A stretch of 60,246 bases of DNA, filler included, from Sphacelaria rigidula (taxonomy: Eukaryota), in assembly GCA_964200075.2 (NCBI GenBank). It is 10 parts of 10 records of this genome, joined end to end, with 100 filler letters (N's around TTAATTAATTAA, not from the genome) between each part and the next. Parts side by side here need not be neighbours in the genome. Positions count along the whole stretch, not along the records: positions 54,313 to 60,246 come from CAXNAA020023367.1; 9 more parts are not named here. The stretch is one strand, 5' to 3'. Made by a program: the position numbers and the translations under genes. Under the pieces are notes generated by a model, which was given only the letters and a program-made list of their open reading frames with translations, did no database searches and had not been told where the DNA came from. Shown here piece after piece: positions 60,136 through 60,246 of this stretch (positions are counted from its first letter, which is position 1; every line of letters starts with the position of its first letter).

Positions 60136-60246
60136 GTCTTCCCCCCCCCCCCCGGCTCCCCGCCTCGCGCTCGGCGCTTGCGGGCGCGCCGGGCCCGGCG
60201 AACCTCCGGCGGGCCCCGTCCCCGCTTTGTCGGGGGGGCGGCAGAG

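Noticed and set aside
60140..60246. Extremely GC-rich end
   Set aside because: Follows a poly-C run at the fragment edge; may be low-quality sequence, and no structure can be supported.

Overview
Eukaryotic, intron-rich and repeat-rich DNA. The EsV-1-7 repeat gene and the TE protein styles point to a brown alga (Phaeophyceae); this is inference, not a database result. The window is not one locus: it is ten ~5.93-kb fragments joined by nine artificial 100-nt linkers (N44-TTAATTAATTAA-N44), so linkage across linkers means nothing. Host genes: three spliced exons of a COQ8/ABC1 atypical kinase, an intronless 1087-aa EsV-1-7 Cys/His repeat protein, a large terminal exon of a KNL2/M18BP1-like centromere protein (CENPC-k motif plus SANT) converging on the last exon of a PKA regulatory subunit, and a few orphan exons. 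Mobile DNA: two decayed Ty3/gypsy elements (one with chromo-like and Tudor-like domains after the integrase), a related solo LTR, copia and pogo remnants, several MITE/foldback elements and two high-copy short dispersed families. Best leads: a candidate HDV-like self-cleaving ribozyme (11284-11438), a ~70-nt pseudoknot-forming mini-retroposon with target-site duplications (7 copies), and hypervariable positions in the EsV-1-7 array that suggest a modular recognition code. All calls were made by eye; repeat boundaries are approximate.
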